Of a stretch of 64,000 nt of DNA, positions 1-8,502 are shown one piece after another. The notes below the pieces were generated by a model, which ran no database searches, was not told the origin of the DNA, and saw nothing but the letters and a program-made list of their open reading frames with translations. Source of the DNA: Myxococcota bacterium (GTDB lineage: Bacteria > Myxococcota_A > UBA9160 > SZUA-336); the NCBI GenBank assembly GCA_046757685.1, contig JBHHYV010000005.1:374-64373 (forward strand), given 5' to 3'. A program made the position numbers and the translations under genes. Every line of letters begins with the position of its first letter. Position 1 is the first letter of the stretch.

Positions 1-2533
1 TCAGCGTGATGTTTGCGAGGTGACTCCGCTCCACCTCGTCGTTGACGGCGGCCAGGGTGCCCATCACGCCCCCGGCCATCACCAGCTGGACTCCGCGCGT
101 CCAGGTTCCGGTGGCCTGGAACTGTGGCTCGGGATCGCGCGCGCGCAGATCCTCTACGAGCAGGGAGCGGGTGTCGACCGAGAGCGCACGAATTCCCAGC
201 TCGGGATCGTCCCACCACTGCTCCACGTCTCCCCCGTCCCAGTCCGCGAGACCGTCCGGCCAGGTGAAGACCTCGCTCTCGCGGACGTGGGCGCGCGTCT
301 CGCGGTAGGTGGCGAGGGCGGCCTTGCGAAAGTCCTCGAACCAGCCGGGCAACCCCACCTGCGCGACGCTCTGCACCGGGACCTCGCGATAGCCGCCGGG
401 AACGCGGATGCGTACCTGCAGGCTGTGCTGGCGTACCGGGAGCAGGGGGCCCAGGGTGTAGTAGAGCAGGTCCTCGAGCCGTTCGATGTCGTACCAGGGA
501 GCTCCCGGGGACCCATGATTCTCGTCGAGCCGTACGCTCACCTGGCCCAGTGGGTGCGCCCGGATGTACCTCTCCGAGGCGCTCACCGCGCGACGGATCG
601 TCTCGCCGCGATGATCGGGATAGAAGACCATCATGCTCGTCGCGCGACCGCTGTTCGTGAGCAGCTGGCCGAGGGCGCCCGGCGGAGCGTTGGTTCGGAT
701 CCGGAAGATCAGCCCTCGCACGCCGGCTCCCCCGGGGACCTCCTCGAACTTGGGATCTCCGTAGCGCAGTCCCCGGTTGACGCTGCGCACCAGGGGAACC
801 AGGGACACCGCTCCCTGTGCCCCGCTCTCGATCTCCAGGGTCCGATCGAGCGACTCGAGCTGGTGCAGCACCGCAGCGTCGATCGCCGAGTTGTCGCGGT
901 CCCCGTCGGCGTAGACGATCAGTGCGTCGGCGCCCCCGAAACGCCGGCTGATCTCGGCGGCTGCCACGTTGAAGGGATGGTCGGGCCAGAAGAGGGGGGT
1001 TCCGGCGCTCGCCTCTCCGATCTGTGAACGGGTGAAGGTGAGGAAGGCCGATCCCGCGAAGAGGGCGACCGCGGTGCCGGCGATCCACCACTTGCCCCGG
1101 GGGTGGGTGGTCGCGATTCCCAGCACCCGGGTCGCCCGGATCATGAAGCGCGGCACGTAGTGCTTGGACTCACGGGGGGGCGGCAGCAGGCAGATCAGGA
1201 TAGGATGGAGGATCTCGACCGTCACGGCGATGGACGCGACCCAGAACGCCCCGAAGAGCCCCAGGTTGCGCATCTGGGGAATGGTCGTGAGCATGATCAC
1301 GAGCAGTCCTGCGACATCGGTGATGATCCCGAGGGTTCCGGGGACGATGAGCTCGCTCATGGCTCGAGCCGCGGCCTCCCGCTTGGCCTCCTCGGGATCG
1401 TCGTGCTCCGCCGAGATCGACTCGAAGTCCTCGAAGAAGCGCTCGGCCATCTGGACGGTGTGGGAGACGGCGCGCGCCGTGATGATCATCGGAATCACGA
1501 GGATCAGCGGATCGAAGGGGATCGCCAGCCAGCCCGTGAAGCCGACCCCCCAGATCACCGTGACGATCGCGCAGACCACGGGAATGAGCACCCCGTGCCC
1601 GCGCCGGAAGTAGAGCCAGAGCAGAGCAAAGACCGTGACCGCCGCGAGCAGGACGAAGACGACGATCTGCCAGGCATCCTTCAGGATCCAGCCGGTCAGG
1701 ATCGGGACGCCGACCACGAAGAGCCGATGTTCGGAATCCGACTCGCGCTCGACGATGGCCTGGACGTGGTCGAAGACTGCGCGGAAGATCTCACGCCGGT
1801 CCAGGCGATCGGTCACGAAGCCGGCCGTGATCAGGGCGGCGCGCTCGTCGCGGCTCACGAGCCGGCCGTACACCCAGGGGATCAGCTCGCGCACCCGGGC
1901 CCGAACCCGGTCCGCCTCGTCCTGGGTCTCGGGGAGCTCCTCCATCAGGTAGTCGCCGGTCACCCCGCCGACCGGATCCATCTCGACCACGCGCGTCGTG
2001 TGGTGGGTGATTCCCCGGACCAGATCGTGGTTGACCGGATAGGGCGGGTAGCGGCGATCCAGCTCCTCGCGGATCTCGCCGCGTGAGAGCAGGCCGCGGT
2101 CCTCGAGCTCGATCTGCAGGGCGCGGCGATCCTCGACGTGCGACTCGTAGTCCCAGCCGTCGAGCGACTTGGTGATGCGATCGATCCTGGCAAGCGTCTG
2201 CGGCGTGAAGATCGTTCCCTTCGAGACCTCGACCGCGATGGCGACGGTGGTGGAGTTTCCGAACTTGCCAGCGAACTTGTCCTGCGCGCGGATGAAGGGA
2301 TGGTCCGGGAAGAGGTCCCGGGCGCGGCTGTCGACGCGAACGACGGGACCCGGAAGCCGTTGCCCGAGCGCGTCGAGGACCGCGTTCAGGCTGGGAAAGG
2401 CGAAGAAGAGGGTGACGCCGACCAGGCCGACCGCCAGCGGAGTGCGCCGCCGAACGACCCAGCGGGCGAAGCGCAGTGTTCTTCGCTCGGAGCTCGGTCT
2501 CGTCTGGGGGGGCAAAAGGGGGGGGTCGGTCAT
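1..2533 (-). CDS. RND/MMPL-superfamily membrane exporter, 3' end beyond window start (partial)
   Basis: Own translation of the minus strand from ATG at ~2531-2533: MTDPPLLPPQTRPSSERRTLRFARWVVRRRTPLAVGLVGVTLFFAFPSLNAVLDALGQRLPGPVVRVDSRARDLFPDHPFIRAQDKFAGKFGNSTT... runs about 844 codons with no stop before position 1. Hydrophobic TM blocks (GVPILTGWILKDAWQIVVFVLLAAVTVFALLWLYF; ITDVAGLLVIMLTTIPQMRNLGLFGAFWVASIAVTVEILHPILICLL) alternate with large soluble loops, as in RND/MMPL (HpnN-like) exporters. Absent from the ORF track because no in-window stop. Confidence 0.6.
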   Translation of the reverse strand, partial: MTDPPLLPPQTRPSSERRTLRFARWVVRRRTPLAVGLVGVTLFFAFPSLNAVLDALGQRLPGPVVRVDSRARDLFPDHPFIRAQDKFAGKFGNSTTVAIAVEVSKGTIFTPQTLARIDRITKSLDGWDYESHVEDRRALQIELEDRGLLSRGEIREELDRRYPPYPVNHDLVRGITHHTTRVVEMDPVGGVTGDYLMEELPETQDEADRVRARVRELIPWVYGRLVSRDERAALITAGFVTDRLDRREIFRAVFDHVQAIVERESDSEHRLFVVGVPILTGWILKDAWQIVVFVLLAAVTVFALLWLYFRRGHGVLIPVVCAIVTVIWGVGFTGWLAIPFDPLILVIPMIITARAVSHTVQMAERFFEDFESISAEHDDPEEAKREAAARAMSELIVPGTLGIITDVAGLLVIMLTTIPQMRNLGLFGAFWVASIAVTVEILHPILICLLPPPRESKHYVPRFMIRATRVLGIATTHPRGKWWIAGTAVALFAGSAFLTFTRSQIGEASAGTPLFWPDHPFNVAAAEISRRFGGADALIVYADGDRDNSAIDAAVLHQLESLDRTLEIESGAQGAVSLVPLVRSVNRGLRYGDPKFEEVPGGAGVRGLIFRIRTNAPPGALGQLLTNSGRATSMMVFYPDHRGETIRRAVSASERYIRAHPLGQVSVRLDENHGSPGAPWYDIERLEDLLYYTLGPLLPVRQHSLQVRIRVPGGYREVPVQSVAQVGLPGWFEDFRKAALATYRETRAHVRESEVFTWPDGLADWDGGDVEQWWDDPELGIRALSVDTRSLLVEDLRARDPEPQFQATGTWTRGVQLVMAGGVMGTLAAVNDEVERSHLANITL

Positions 2534-2671
2534 CGGGTCCTCGTCGGCGGGCGGGAGTCTAGCAGCCTGCACGCGCGAGCATGGCCAGGCGTGGCCGACT
2601 AGAAGTCCTCCGAGACCTGGCCTAGTCTGCGGTCTTCACCTCGAGCTTCGATCCGCTCCCAGGGGGAACTT

Positions 2672-3121
2672 TTGGCAGCACGTAAGAAGGCCGCACCCAA
2701 GAGAGCCCGTCGCGGGAAGACGGCCCGCAAGAAGACGGCCCGCAAGAAGGCCGCGAGTGCCGGGCGAAGCACCCGCAAGAAGACGGCCCGCAAGGGACCG
2801 GCGCGCAAGAAGCCTGCGGCCAAGAAGAGTCTGCGGCGAAAGACGGCGCGCAAGAAGGCGACCTCGCGCAAGAGCCCATCGAGGAAGCGCACCCCCCGAA
2901 AGACGACCCGCAAGAAGACGGTGTCCGGAGCGAAGGCGCGCGCGAGGGCCACCGCGAGCAAGACGGTCCGCAAGAAGGCCGTCGGCACCGGGCATCGAGG
3001 CGCTCGAGCCGTGCCCGGCGTGGCCAGCTCCGGGATCCGAGCCCGCGAGGGAGACGCGGCCGTGCCCGATCCGATCCGAGCGGCGCTCCAGCGTCGTCGG
3101 TGGGCGATGCTGGAGCGCTAG
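2672..3121 (+). CDS. histone H1-like Lys/Ala/Arg-rich nucleoid protein
   Basis: 149 aa ORF; first ~105 aa are repeated TARKK/AAKK motifs (MAARKKAAPKRARRGKTARKKTARKKAASAGRSTRKKTARKGPARKKPAAKK...) encoded by repeated AAG codons. Resembles bacterial histone H1-like proteins (AlgP/Hc1/BpH1 type). C-terminal ~40 aa may be read-through. Confidence 0.55.
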   Translation: MAARKKAAPKRARRGKTARKKTARKKAASAGRSTRKKTARKGPARKKPAAKKSLRRKTARKKATSRKSPSRKRTPRKTTRKKTVSGAKARARATASKTVRKKAVGTGHRGARAVPGVASSGIRAREGDAAVPDPIRAALQRRRWAMLER

Positions 3122-3147
3122 CTCGGCCCGATCGACAAGGCGGATCT

Positions 3148-3513
3148 TCAGGCCTCGGCGAGCAGACCCCGGATATCCTCGAGCTCCTCGCGAAGCCTTG
3201 CGAGATCCCTGCGATCGGACGCCGAGGGGGAGCCGGGGTCGGCGCCACGCTGCAGCTCCGCGAGACGCTTGCGGGCCCCCTCGATCGTGAAGCGCTCCTG
3301 GTAGAGCAGGTGCTTGATTCGCAGGATCGTCTCGATGTCGCGCCGGCGGTACATGCGCTGGCGGGAGCGGGACTTGGGCGGAATCATCGCCTTGAACTCC
3401 GTCTCCCAGTAGCGCAGCACGTAGGGTTTGACGCCCGTCAGCTTCGCGACCTCTCCGATCCGGAAGTAGCTCTTCTCCGGGACCGACCGCATCGAGCTCT
3501 CGACGGTGTCCAT
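3148..3513 (-). CDS. MerR-family transcriptional regulator
   Basis: N-terminal MerR HTH signature YFRIGEVAKLTGVKPYVLRYWETEF; sits in the conserved position downstream of pheT-ihfA. Confidence 0.85.
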   Translation of the reverse strand: MDTVESSMRSVPEKSYFRIGEVAKLTGVKPYVLRYWETEFKAMIPPKSRSRQRMYRRRDIETILRIKHLLYQERFTIEGARKRLAELQRGADPGSPSASDRRDLARLREELEDIRGLLAEA

Positions 3514-3540
3514 GCTCGCCCTCCCCGCTTCGCGATCCGG

Positions 3541-3818
3541 CTACTGGTTTAGCGCGTTCTTCAGCACGAGGCTCGGCTTGAAGGTCAGCACGCGCCTCGC
3601 CTCGAGCTGGATCTCCTCGCCGGTCTGCGGGTTGCGGCCCTTGCGCGCGTTCTTCTCGCGCACGATGAAGTTCCCGAAGCCCGAGAACTTGACCTTGCGG
3701 CCCTCGATCAGCGACTCCTTGATCGAGTCGAAGACCGTCTCGACGAGCTCTGCCGACTCCTTCTTCGAGAAGCCGACCCGCTGATAGATGGTCTCGACGA
3801 TGTCTGCCTTCGTCACCT
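3541..3818 (-). CDS. ihfA: integration host factor subunit alpha
   Basis: C-terminal part of track ORF 3541..6222 reads (V)TKADIVETIYQRVGFSKKESAELVETVFDSIKESLIEGRKVKFSGFGNFIVREKNARKGRNPQTGEEIQLEARRVLTFKPSLVLKNALNQ, a typical IHF-alpha/HU fold; GTG start at ~3816-3818. Confidence 0.85.
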
Positions 3819-6251
3819 TGCCACTCCTCCATTCGCGGCCGAGCGCCGCGCCCCCTGAAAGCGCTTCTCCAGCATCCCCTCGATCCGACCGATGAACCGG
3901 GCGACCTCGTCCTCGGTCAATGTCCGGTCTGGACGCTGGAAGATGAGCCGGAACGCCAGGCTCACCCGGCCCTCGCCGACGGCCTCCCCCCCGTATCGGT
4001 CGAAGAGGTCGACGGACACGAGGCTCGAGCCGCCGGCCTTGCGGATCCCGGCGAGAATGTCCCCCGCCGCGCAGTCCGCATCGAAGACCCAGGCCAGATC
4101 GCGGCGTACGGCGGGGTGCCTCGAGACCTCGCGGTAGCGCGGCGGGCGCGTGGCGAGCTGGGGCACACTCTCGAGGTCCAGCTCCAGCACCGCACACGGG
4201 GCCTCGATCCCGAACGCCTCGGCGGTCTCGGGATGAAGCTCGCCCAGCGCCCCCAGGCGATGCTTGCCGCAGCGGATCTCGCACGAGACCCGCGGGTGCA
4301 GATAGGGCTCGGTAGAGCCGGCCTCGAAGACCCCGTCGAGCGAGAGATCCTCGAGGAGCCGCTCCGCGACGCCCTTGAGCTCGAAGAAGCCGGCGGGGCG
4401 GGGGTCGGGCTCCCAGGGCGACTTGCGATCGCCCTGGATCCACACGGCCACCAGCGCCTCTCGCTCCGCGGGCAGCTCCTGGGAGCCGGCCCGTAGGAAG
4501 ACCGGCCCGACCTCGAAGAGCCGCACCTCGTCGACCTGTCGCGCCAGGTTCATCGAAGCCGCCCGAAGCACCGCGGGCAGCAGGCTCGTGCGCAGGCGGT
4601 CCTCGTCCTCGACCAGGGGGTTGAGAAGCGCCAGCGCGGGCCGCCGGGGATCGTCGGCAGCGAGCCGCAGGGCGTCCGCATCCCGGCGATGGCTCACCGG
4701 AAGGCTGAGGATCTCGAAGGCTCCGGACGCCCACAGGCTGTCGCGCGCGCGCTCGATCGTGGGCATCAGGGGCGGAAGCGTCGCCCCACAGAGCGGCGCC
4801 TCGGGCACCGTCGTGGGGATCCGATCGTAGCCGTGGATCCGGGCCACCTCCTCGACCAGGTCGACGCCGATCTGCAGGTCGTTGCGCCAGCTCGGAACCT
4901 GGAAGTGCGCCCGGCCGGGGACGTTCGCCGGCAGCCCCTCGATTCCGAGCCGAGAGAGAACCCCGCGGATCTCGCTCTCCGACAGCTGGGTTCCGAGCAG
5001 CCGGTTGACGACGTCGAACTCCAGCTCGATCGGCCCGGCTGCCGGAGCGGGGTCGCCCTCGGCGGAGACCCGGCCAGGGGCGACCTGACCTCCGGCCAGA
5101 TCGGCGATCAGCCGTGCGGCACGGTCCAGGGCGCGCTCGATCCCCTCGCGGTCGATTCCCCGCTCGAAGCGGTACGAGGACTCGGTCTGAACTCCCAGGC
5201 GCCGCGCGGTGCGCCGGATTCGAGAGGGATCGAAGTGCGCGCTCTCGAGCAGCACATCGCAGGTGCCCGGACGCACCTCGGTCTCGGCGCCCCCCAGGAT
5301 GCCGGCGATCGCGACGGCGCGTTCGCGGTCCGCGATGACCAGGTCGCCGGGAAGCAGGCTGCGGGTCTCGCCGTCGAGCGTCGCGATCTTCTCGTCGGGC
5401 CGCGCGGAACGAACCTCCACCTCTGCGCCGCGTATGCTCGCCAGATCGAAGGCGTGCAGCGGCTGGCCCCACTCCGCCAGCACCAGGTTCGTCACGTCGA
5501 CCACGTTGTTGATCGAACGGTGCCCCGCCGCCTCGAGGCGGGCGCGGAGGGCCTCGGGCGAGGGTCCGACGCGGACCCCGCGGACGACGCGGGCCGCGTA
5601 GCGGGGGCAGCCGGCGCGGTCGGAGATCCGCACACCGATCGCCTGCGCGGCGGGAGCTCCCTGCTCGACCTCGGGAGCGATCTCGGGAAGGCGGAGCTCC
5701 CCCCCGAAGAGCGCCTGGACCTCGCGGGCGATCCCGAGCATCGACGCGCAGTCGCCCCGGTTCGGGGTGATCGCGACGTCGAGAACGGTGTCGCCGCACT
5801 CGATGGCCTCTGCGAGCGGTGCGCCGACCGTGGCATCGGCGTCCAGCACGCGGATCCCGGACTGGTCCTCGCCGAGCCCGAGCTCCCGGTCCGAGCAGAT
5901 CATCCCCTCCGAGACCTGTCCGCGAATCCTGGCTCGCTTGAGCCGCGTGCCGTCCGGCAGGCGCTGGCCGGCGGGGACGAAGGCGATGAGCTGGCCCGCG
6001 GCGACGTTCGGCGCTCCACAGACGACGTGCGCTGGCTCCGCCTGGCCCCAGTCGACCTCGCAGACGCGCAGCCGGTCGGCGTCGGGATGGGCCCGACAGT
6101 CGACGACGCGTCCCACGACGATTCCCGAGAGGTCGGGGCCGCTGCGCTCGAGCGCCTCGACCTCGAGGCCCGCGAGCGTGAGGGTCTCGGCGAGGCGGTC
6201 GGGGGACGGAAGGTCCACCCACTCCGCCAGCCAGCCAAGGGAGACCCTCAC
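3813..6251 (-). CDS. pheT: phenylalanine--tRNA ligase beta subunit
   Basis: Track ORF 3813..6428; conserved PheT N-terminus VRVSLGWLAEWVDLPSPDRLAETLTLAGLEVE begins 59 codons into the ORF. GTG start overlaps the pheS stop (GTGA). Confidence 0.9.
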   Translation of the reverse strand: MRVSLGWLAEWVDLPSPDRLAETLTLAGLEVEALERSGPDLSGIVVGRVVDCRAHPDADRLRVCEVDWGQAEPAHVVCGAPNVAAGQLIAFVPAGQRLPDGTRLKRARIRGQVSEGMICSDRELGLGEDQSGIRVLDADATVGAPLAEAIECGDTVLDVAITPNRGDCASMLGIAREVQALFGGELRLPEIAPEVEQGAPAAQAIGVRISDRAGCPRYAARVVRGVRVGPSPEALRARLEAAGHRSINNVVDVTNLVLAEWGQPLHAFDLASIRGAEVEVRSARPDEKIATLDGETRSLLPGDLVIADRERAVAIAGILGGAETEVRPGTCDVLLESAHFDPSRIRRTARRLGVQTESSYRFERGIDREGIERALDRAARLIADLAGGQVAPGRVSAEGDPAPAAGPIELEFDVVNRLLGTQLSESEIRGVLSRLGIEGLPANVPGRAHFQVPSWRNDLQIGVDLVEEVARIHGYDRIPTTVPEAPLCGATLPPLMPTIERARDSLWASGAFEILSLPVSHRRDADALRLAADDPRRPALALLNPLVEDEDRLRTSLLPAVLRAASMNLARQVDEVRLFEVGPVFLRAGSQELPAEREALVAVWIQGDRKSPWEPDPRPAGFFELKGVAERLLEDLSLDGVFEAGSTEPYLHPRVSCEIRCGKHRLGALGELHPETAEAFGIEAPCAVLELDLESVPQLATRPPRYREVSRHPAVRRDLAWVFDADCAAGDILAGIRKAGGSSLVSVDLFDRYGGEAVGEGRVSLAFRLIFQRPDRTLTEDEVARFIGRIEGMLEKRFQGARRSAANGGVAR

Positions 6252-7240
6252 CGCACCTGCTCCAGGACCCGGATGTCCGGGTCGAAGAGCATCCGGATGT
6301 TCGGGATCGCCAGACGCTGCATCGCGATCCGGTCGATCCCCATGCCGAAGGCGAATCCCTGCCAGCGCTGCGGATCGATCCCGCAGTTCTCGAGGACCCG
6401 GGGATGGATCATCCCGCAGCCCCCCCACTCCAGCCAGCCCTCCTGCCAGGGGAAGTCCATCTCCGCGGAGGGCTCGGTGAAGGGGAAGTAGCTGGCGCGG
6501 AAGCGGAGCTGGATCTGGGGTCCCATGAGGTGGCGTGCGAAGTCGTAGAGGAGGCCCTTCAGATCGCCGAAGGTCACCCGATCGTCGACGAGGAAGCCCT
6601 CGATCTGGTGGAACATGGGGTAGTGGGTCGCGTCGCTGTCATGGCGGTAGACCCGCCCGGGCGCGATGAAGCGGAACGGCGGCTCCCGCTGGCTCATGGC
6701 CCGGATCTGGACCGGCGAGGTATGGGTGCGCAGCACGTGCCCGCCCTCGACGAAGAAGGTATCGTGCATGTCTCGCGCGGGATGATCCTCGGGAAAGTTC
6801 AGCGCGCCGAAGTTGTTCCAGTCGGTCTCGACCTGTGGACCCGTCTCGATCGAGAAGCCGCGCACCCGGAAGAAGTCCGACATCTCGCGCATGAGCTTCG
6901 ACATCGGGTGCAGTCCGCCCCGCGGGGGCCGCGCCCCCGGGAGGGAGACGTCGAGGCGGCTCTCGGCCAGACTCGACTGGCGCGCCGCGTCGCGCAGCTC
7001 GGCCCTGCGGTCGGCCACCCACGACTCGATCCGCGCCTTGGAGGCATTGGCGGCTTTTCCCACGGCCGAGCGCTTCGAGGCATCGAGGCGGCCGATCGAC
7101 CGCAGACACGCAGAGACGCTGCCCTTGCGACCCAGGAAACGGGCGCGGACCTCGATCAGCGCCTGCGGCGTCGCCGCCTGCGCGATCGCGGCTCGCGCTT
7201 CCTCTTCGAGAGCCTGGAGCGGCTCGACCCCCGCCGTCAC
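6248..7240 (-). CDS. pheS: phenylalanine--tRNA ligase alpha subunit
   Basis: 330 aa; class II aaRS motifs (FRVRGFSIETGPQVETDWNNFGALNFPEDHPARDMHDTFF...GFAFGMGIDRIAMQ). Confidence 0.9.
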   Translation of the reverse strand: MTAGVEPLQALEEEARAAIAQAATPQALIEVRARFLGRKGSVSACLRSIGRLDASKRSAVGKAANASKARIESWVADRRAELRDAARQSSLAESRLDVSLPGARPPRGGLHPMSKLMREMSDFFRVRGFSIETGPQVETDWNNFGALNFPEDHPARDMHDTFFVEGGHVLRTHTSPVQIRAMSQREPPFRFIAPGRVYRHDSDATHYPMFHQIEGFLVDDRVTFGDLKGLLYDFARHLMGPQIQLRFRASYFPFTEPSAEMDFPWQEGWLEWGGCGMIHPRVLENCGIDPQRWQGFAFGMGIDRIAMQRLAIPNIRMLFDPDIRVLEQVR

Positions 7241-7252
7241 GGGCGGCCCCCG

Positions 7253-7606
7253 CTAGGCCGCGGCCGCCCGCGCTCGCTCGGCCAGCTCGGCGAAGGCCTC
7301 CGGCTCCGCGACCGCCAGCTCCGCGAGGATCTTGCGATCGATCTCGAGCCCCGCCCTCTTCAGTCCGAACATGAAGCGGCTGTACGAGAGACCGTGCTCT
7401 CGCGCGGCTGCATTGATGCGCACGATCCACAGACGATGGATCTGGCGCTTCCGCTGCCGCCGGTCGCGATAGGCGAACTTGTAGCTGCGCTCCACGGCCA
7501 GGCGGGCGGTCCGGACCAGGCGTCCGCGGGAGCCCCGGAAGCCCTTCGCGGCGCGCAGGATCTTGCGGTGCCGACGGTGGCGGCTCTGTCCTCTCTTTAC
7601 CCTCAC
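7253..7606 (-). CDS. rplT: 50S ribosomal protein L20
   Basis: 117 aa [79 protein letters not shown], canonical L20. Confidence 0.9.
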   Translation of the reverse strand: MRVKRGQSRHRRHRKILRAAKGFRGSRGRLVRTARLAVERSYKFAYRDRRQRKRQIHRLWIVRINAAAREHGLSYSRFMFGLKRAGLEIDRKILAELAVAEPEAFAELAERARAAAA

Positions 7607-7622
7607 GCTCGATTCCTCCGAG

Positions 7623-7811
7623 CTAGATCAGCTTGCGAATGCGGCTTCGATCGGCAGCCGACACGACGCTGCCCTGCCGGAGCTGGCGCTTCCGCTTGGT
7701 GGTCTTCTTGGTCAGGATGTGATTCAGGTTCGCCTTGCTCCGGAGGATCTTTCCAGAGGCGCTGCGCTTGAAGCGCTTCGCGGCGCCCCGATGGGTCTTC
7801 ATCTTGGGCAC
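7623..7811 (-). CDS. rpmI: 50S ribosomal protein L35
   Basis: 62 aa [46 protein letters not shown], canonical L35. Confidence 0.9.
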   Translation of the reverse strand: MPKMKTHRGAAKRFKRSASGKILRSKANLNHILTKKTTKRKRQLRQGSVVSAADRSRIRKLI

Positions 7812-7835
7812 GTTCGATGTCTCCCGCGGGCGACC

Positions 7836-8465
7836 CTACTCGAGCACTTCAGCGCTCTCGGGCTCGCTCGCCTCGCTGCCCTCCGCCTCATCGCTTCGGG
7901 CTTCCGTCCCGTTCTCTCCCTCGGCACGCGCCGACTTCTCTTCCTGCTTCTTGAGCCGCTCGATGGCCGGGCGGATGGGCGCCAGCGTCATGGCCATGGC
8001 TCTTCCCTCGAGCTTCGGAGACTGCTCGAGGGTCGCGATCTCCTTCATCATGTCTGCAACCCGCATCAAGAGCTCCCGACCCAGGTTCGTATACACGATC
8101 TCCCGACCCCGGAACATCACGATGCACTTCACCTTGTCGCCGTCGAAGAGGAACTTGCGCGCGTTTCGGAGCTTGAAGCCCAGATCGTGATCGCTGATCT
8201 GCGGTCTGAACTTCACCTCCTTGACCTGGGTCTGGTGCTGGGTCTTCCTGGCCTCGCTGGCCTTCTTCTTCTGCTCGAACTTGTACCGGCCGTAGTCCAT
8301 GATCTTGCAGACCGGGGGCTGGCCGTTGGGCGAGATCTCCACCAGGTCGAGCCCGGAGCGCTCCGCAATATCGAGGGCGGCGTCGGTCGGCATGACTCCG
8401 AGCTGTCTCCCGTCCTCGTTGACGACCCGCACCTCCGGGACCCGAATCCGCTTGTTGACCCGGAT
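7836..8465 (-). CDS. infC: translation initiation factor IF-3 (probable non-AUG start, acidic C-terminal extension)
   Basis: Track ORF 7836..8516 has conserved IF3 core (IRVNKRIRVPEVRVVNEDGRQLGVMPTDAALDIAERSGLDLVEISPNGQPPVCKIMDYGRYKFEQKKK...). Likely start is ATC at ~8463-8465, directly after a purine-rich GGAAGAAGAGAAG stretch. Extra acidic tail ...EEKSARAEGENGTEARSDEAEGSEASEPESAEVLE. Confidence 0.8.
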   Translation of the reverse strand: MRVNKRIRVPEVRVVNEDGRQLGVMPTDAALDIAERSGLDLVEISPNGQPPVCKIMDYGRYKFEQKKKASEARKTQHQTQVKEVKFRPQISDHDLGFKLRNARKFLFDGDKVKCIVMFRGREIVYTNLGRELLMRVADMMKEIATLEQSPKLEGRAMAMTLAPIRPAIERLKKQEEKSARAEGENGTEARSDEAEGSEASEPESAEVLE

Positions 8466-8502
8466 CTTCTCTTCTTCCGGCCGGAGGTCGCGCCACCGGC
8501 GC

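Noticed and set aside
2599-2988. Minus-strand ORF 2599..2988 (FLRAVF-repeat protein) opposite the histone-like gene
   Set aside because: It is the reverse-complement reading of the AAG-repeat DNA (Phe/Leu/Arg repeats); the plus-strand Lys-rich reading is the biologically sensible one.
6252-6428. N-terminal extensions of track ORFs for pheT (to 6428), thrS (to 10509), AI-2E (to 11692), era (to 44584), rnc (to 45276), mnmA (to 46579), cysteine desulfurase (to 47628), lysC (to 49183), tsaE (to 49743), nnr (to 51430), multiheme cytochrome (to 56207)
   Set aside because: The conserved protein N-termini begin at internal start codons; the upstream parts are unconserved Arg/Pro-rich stretches that often overlap the preceding gene.
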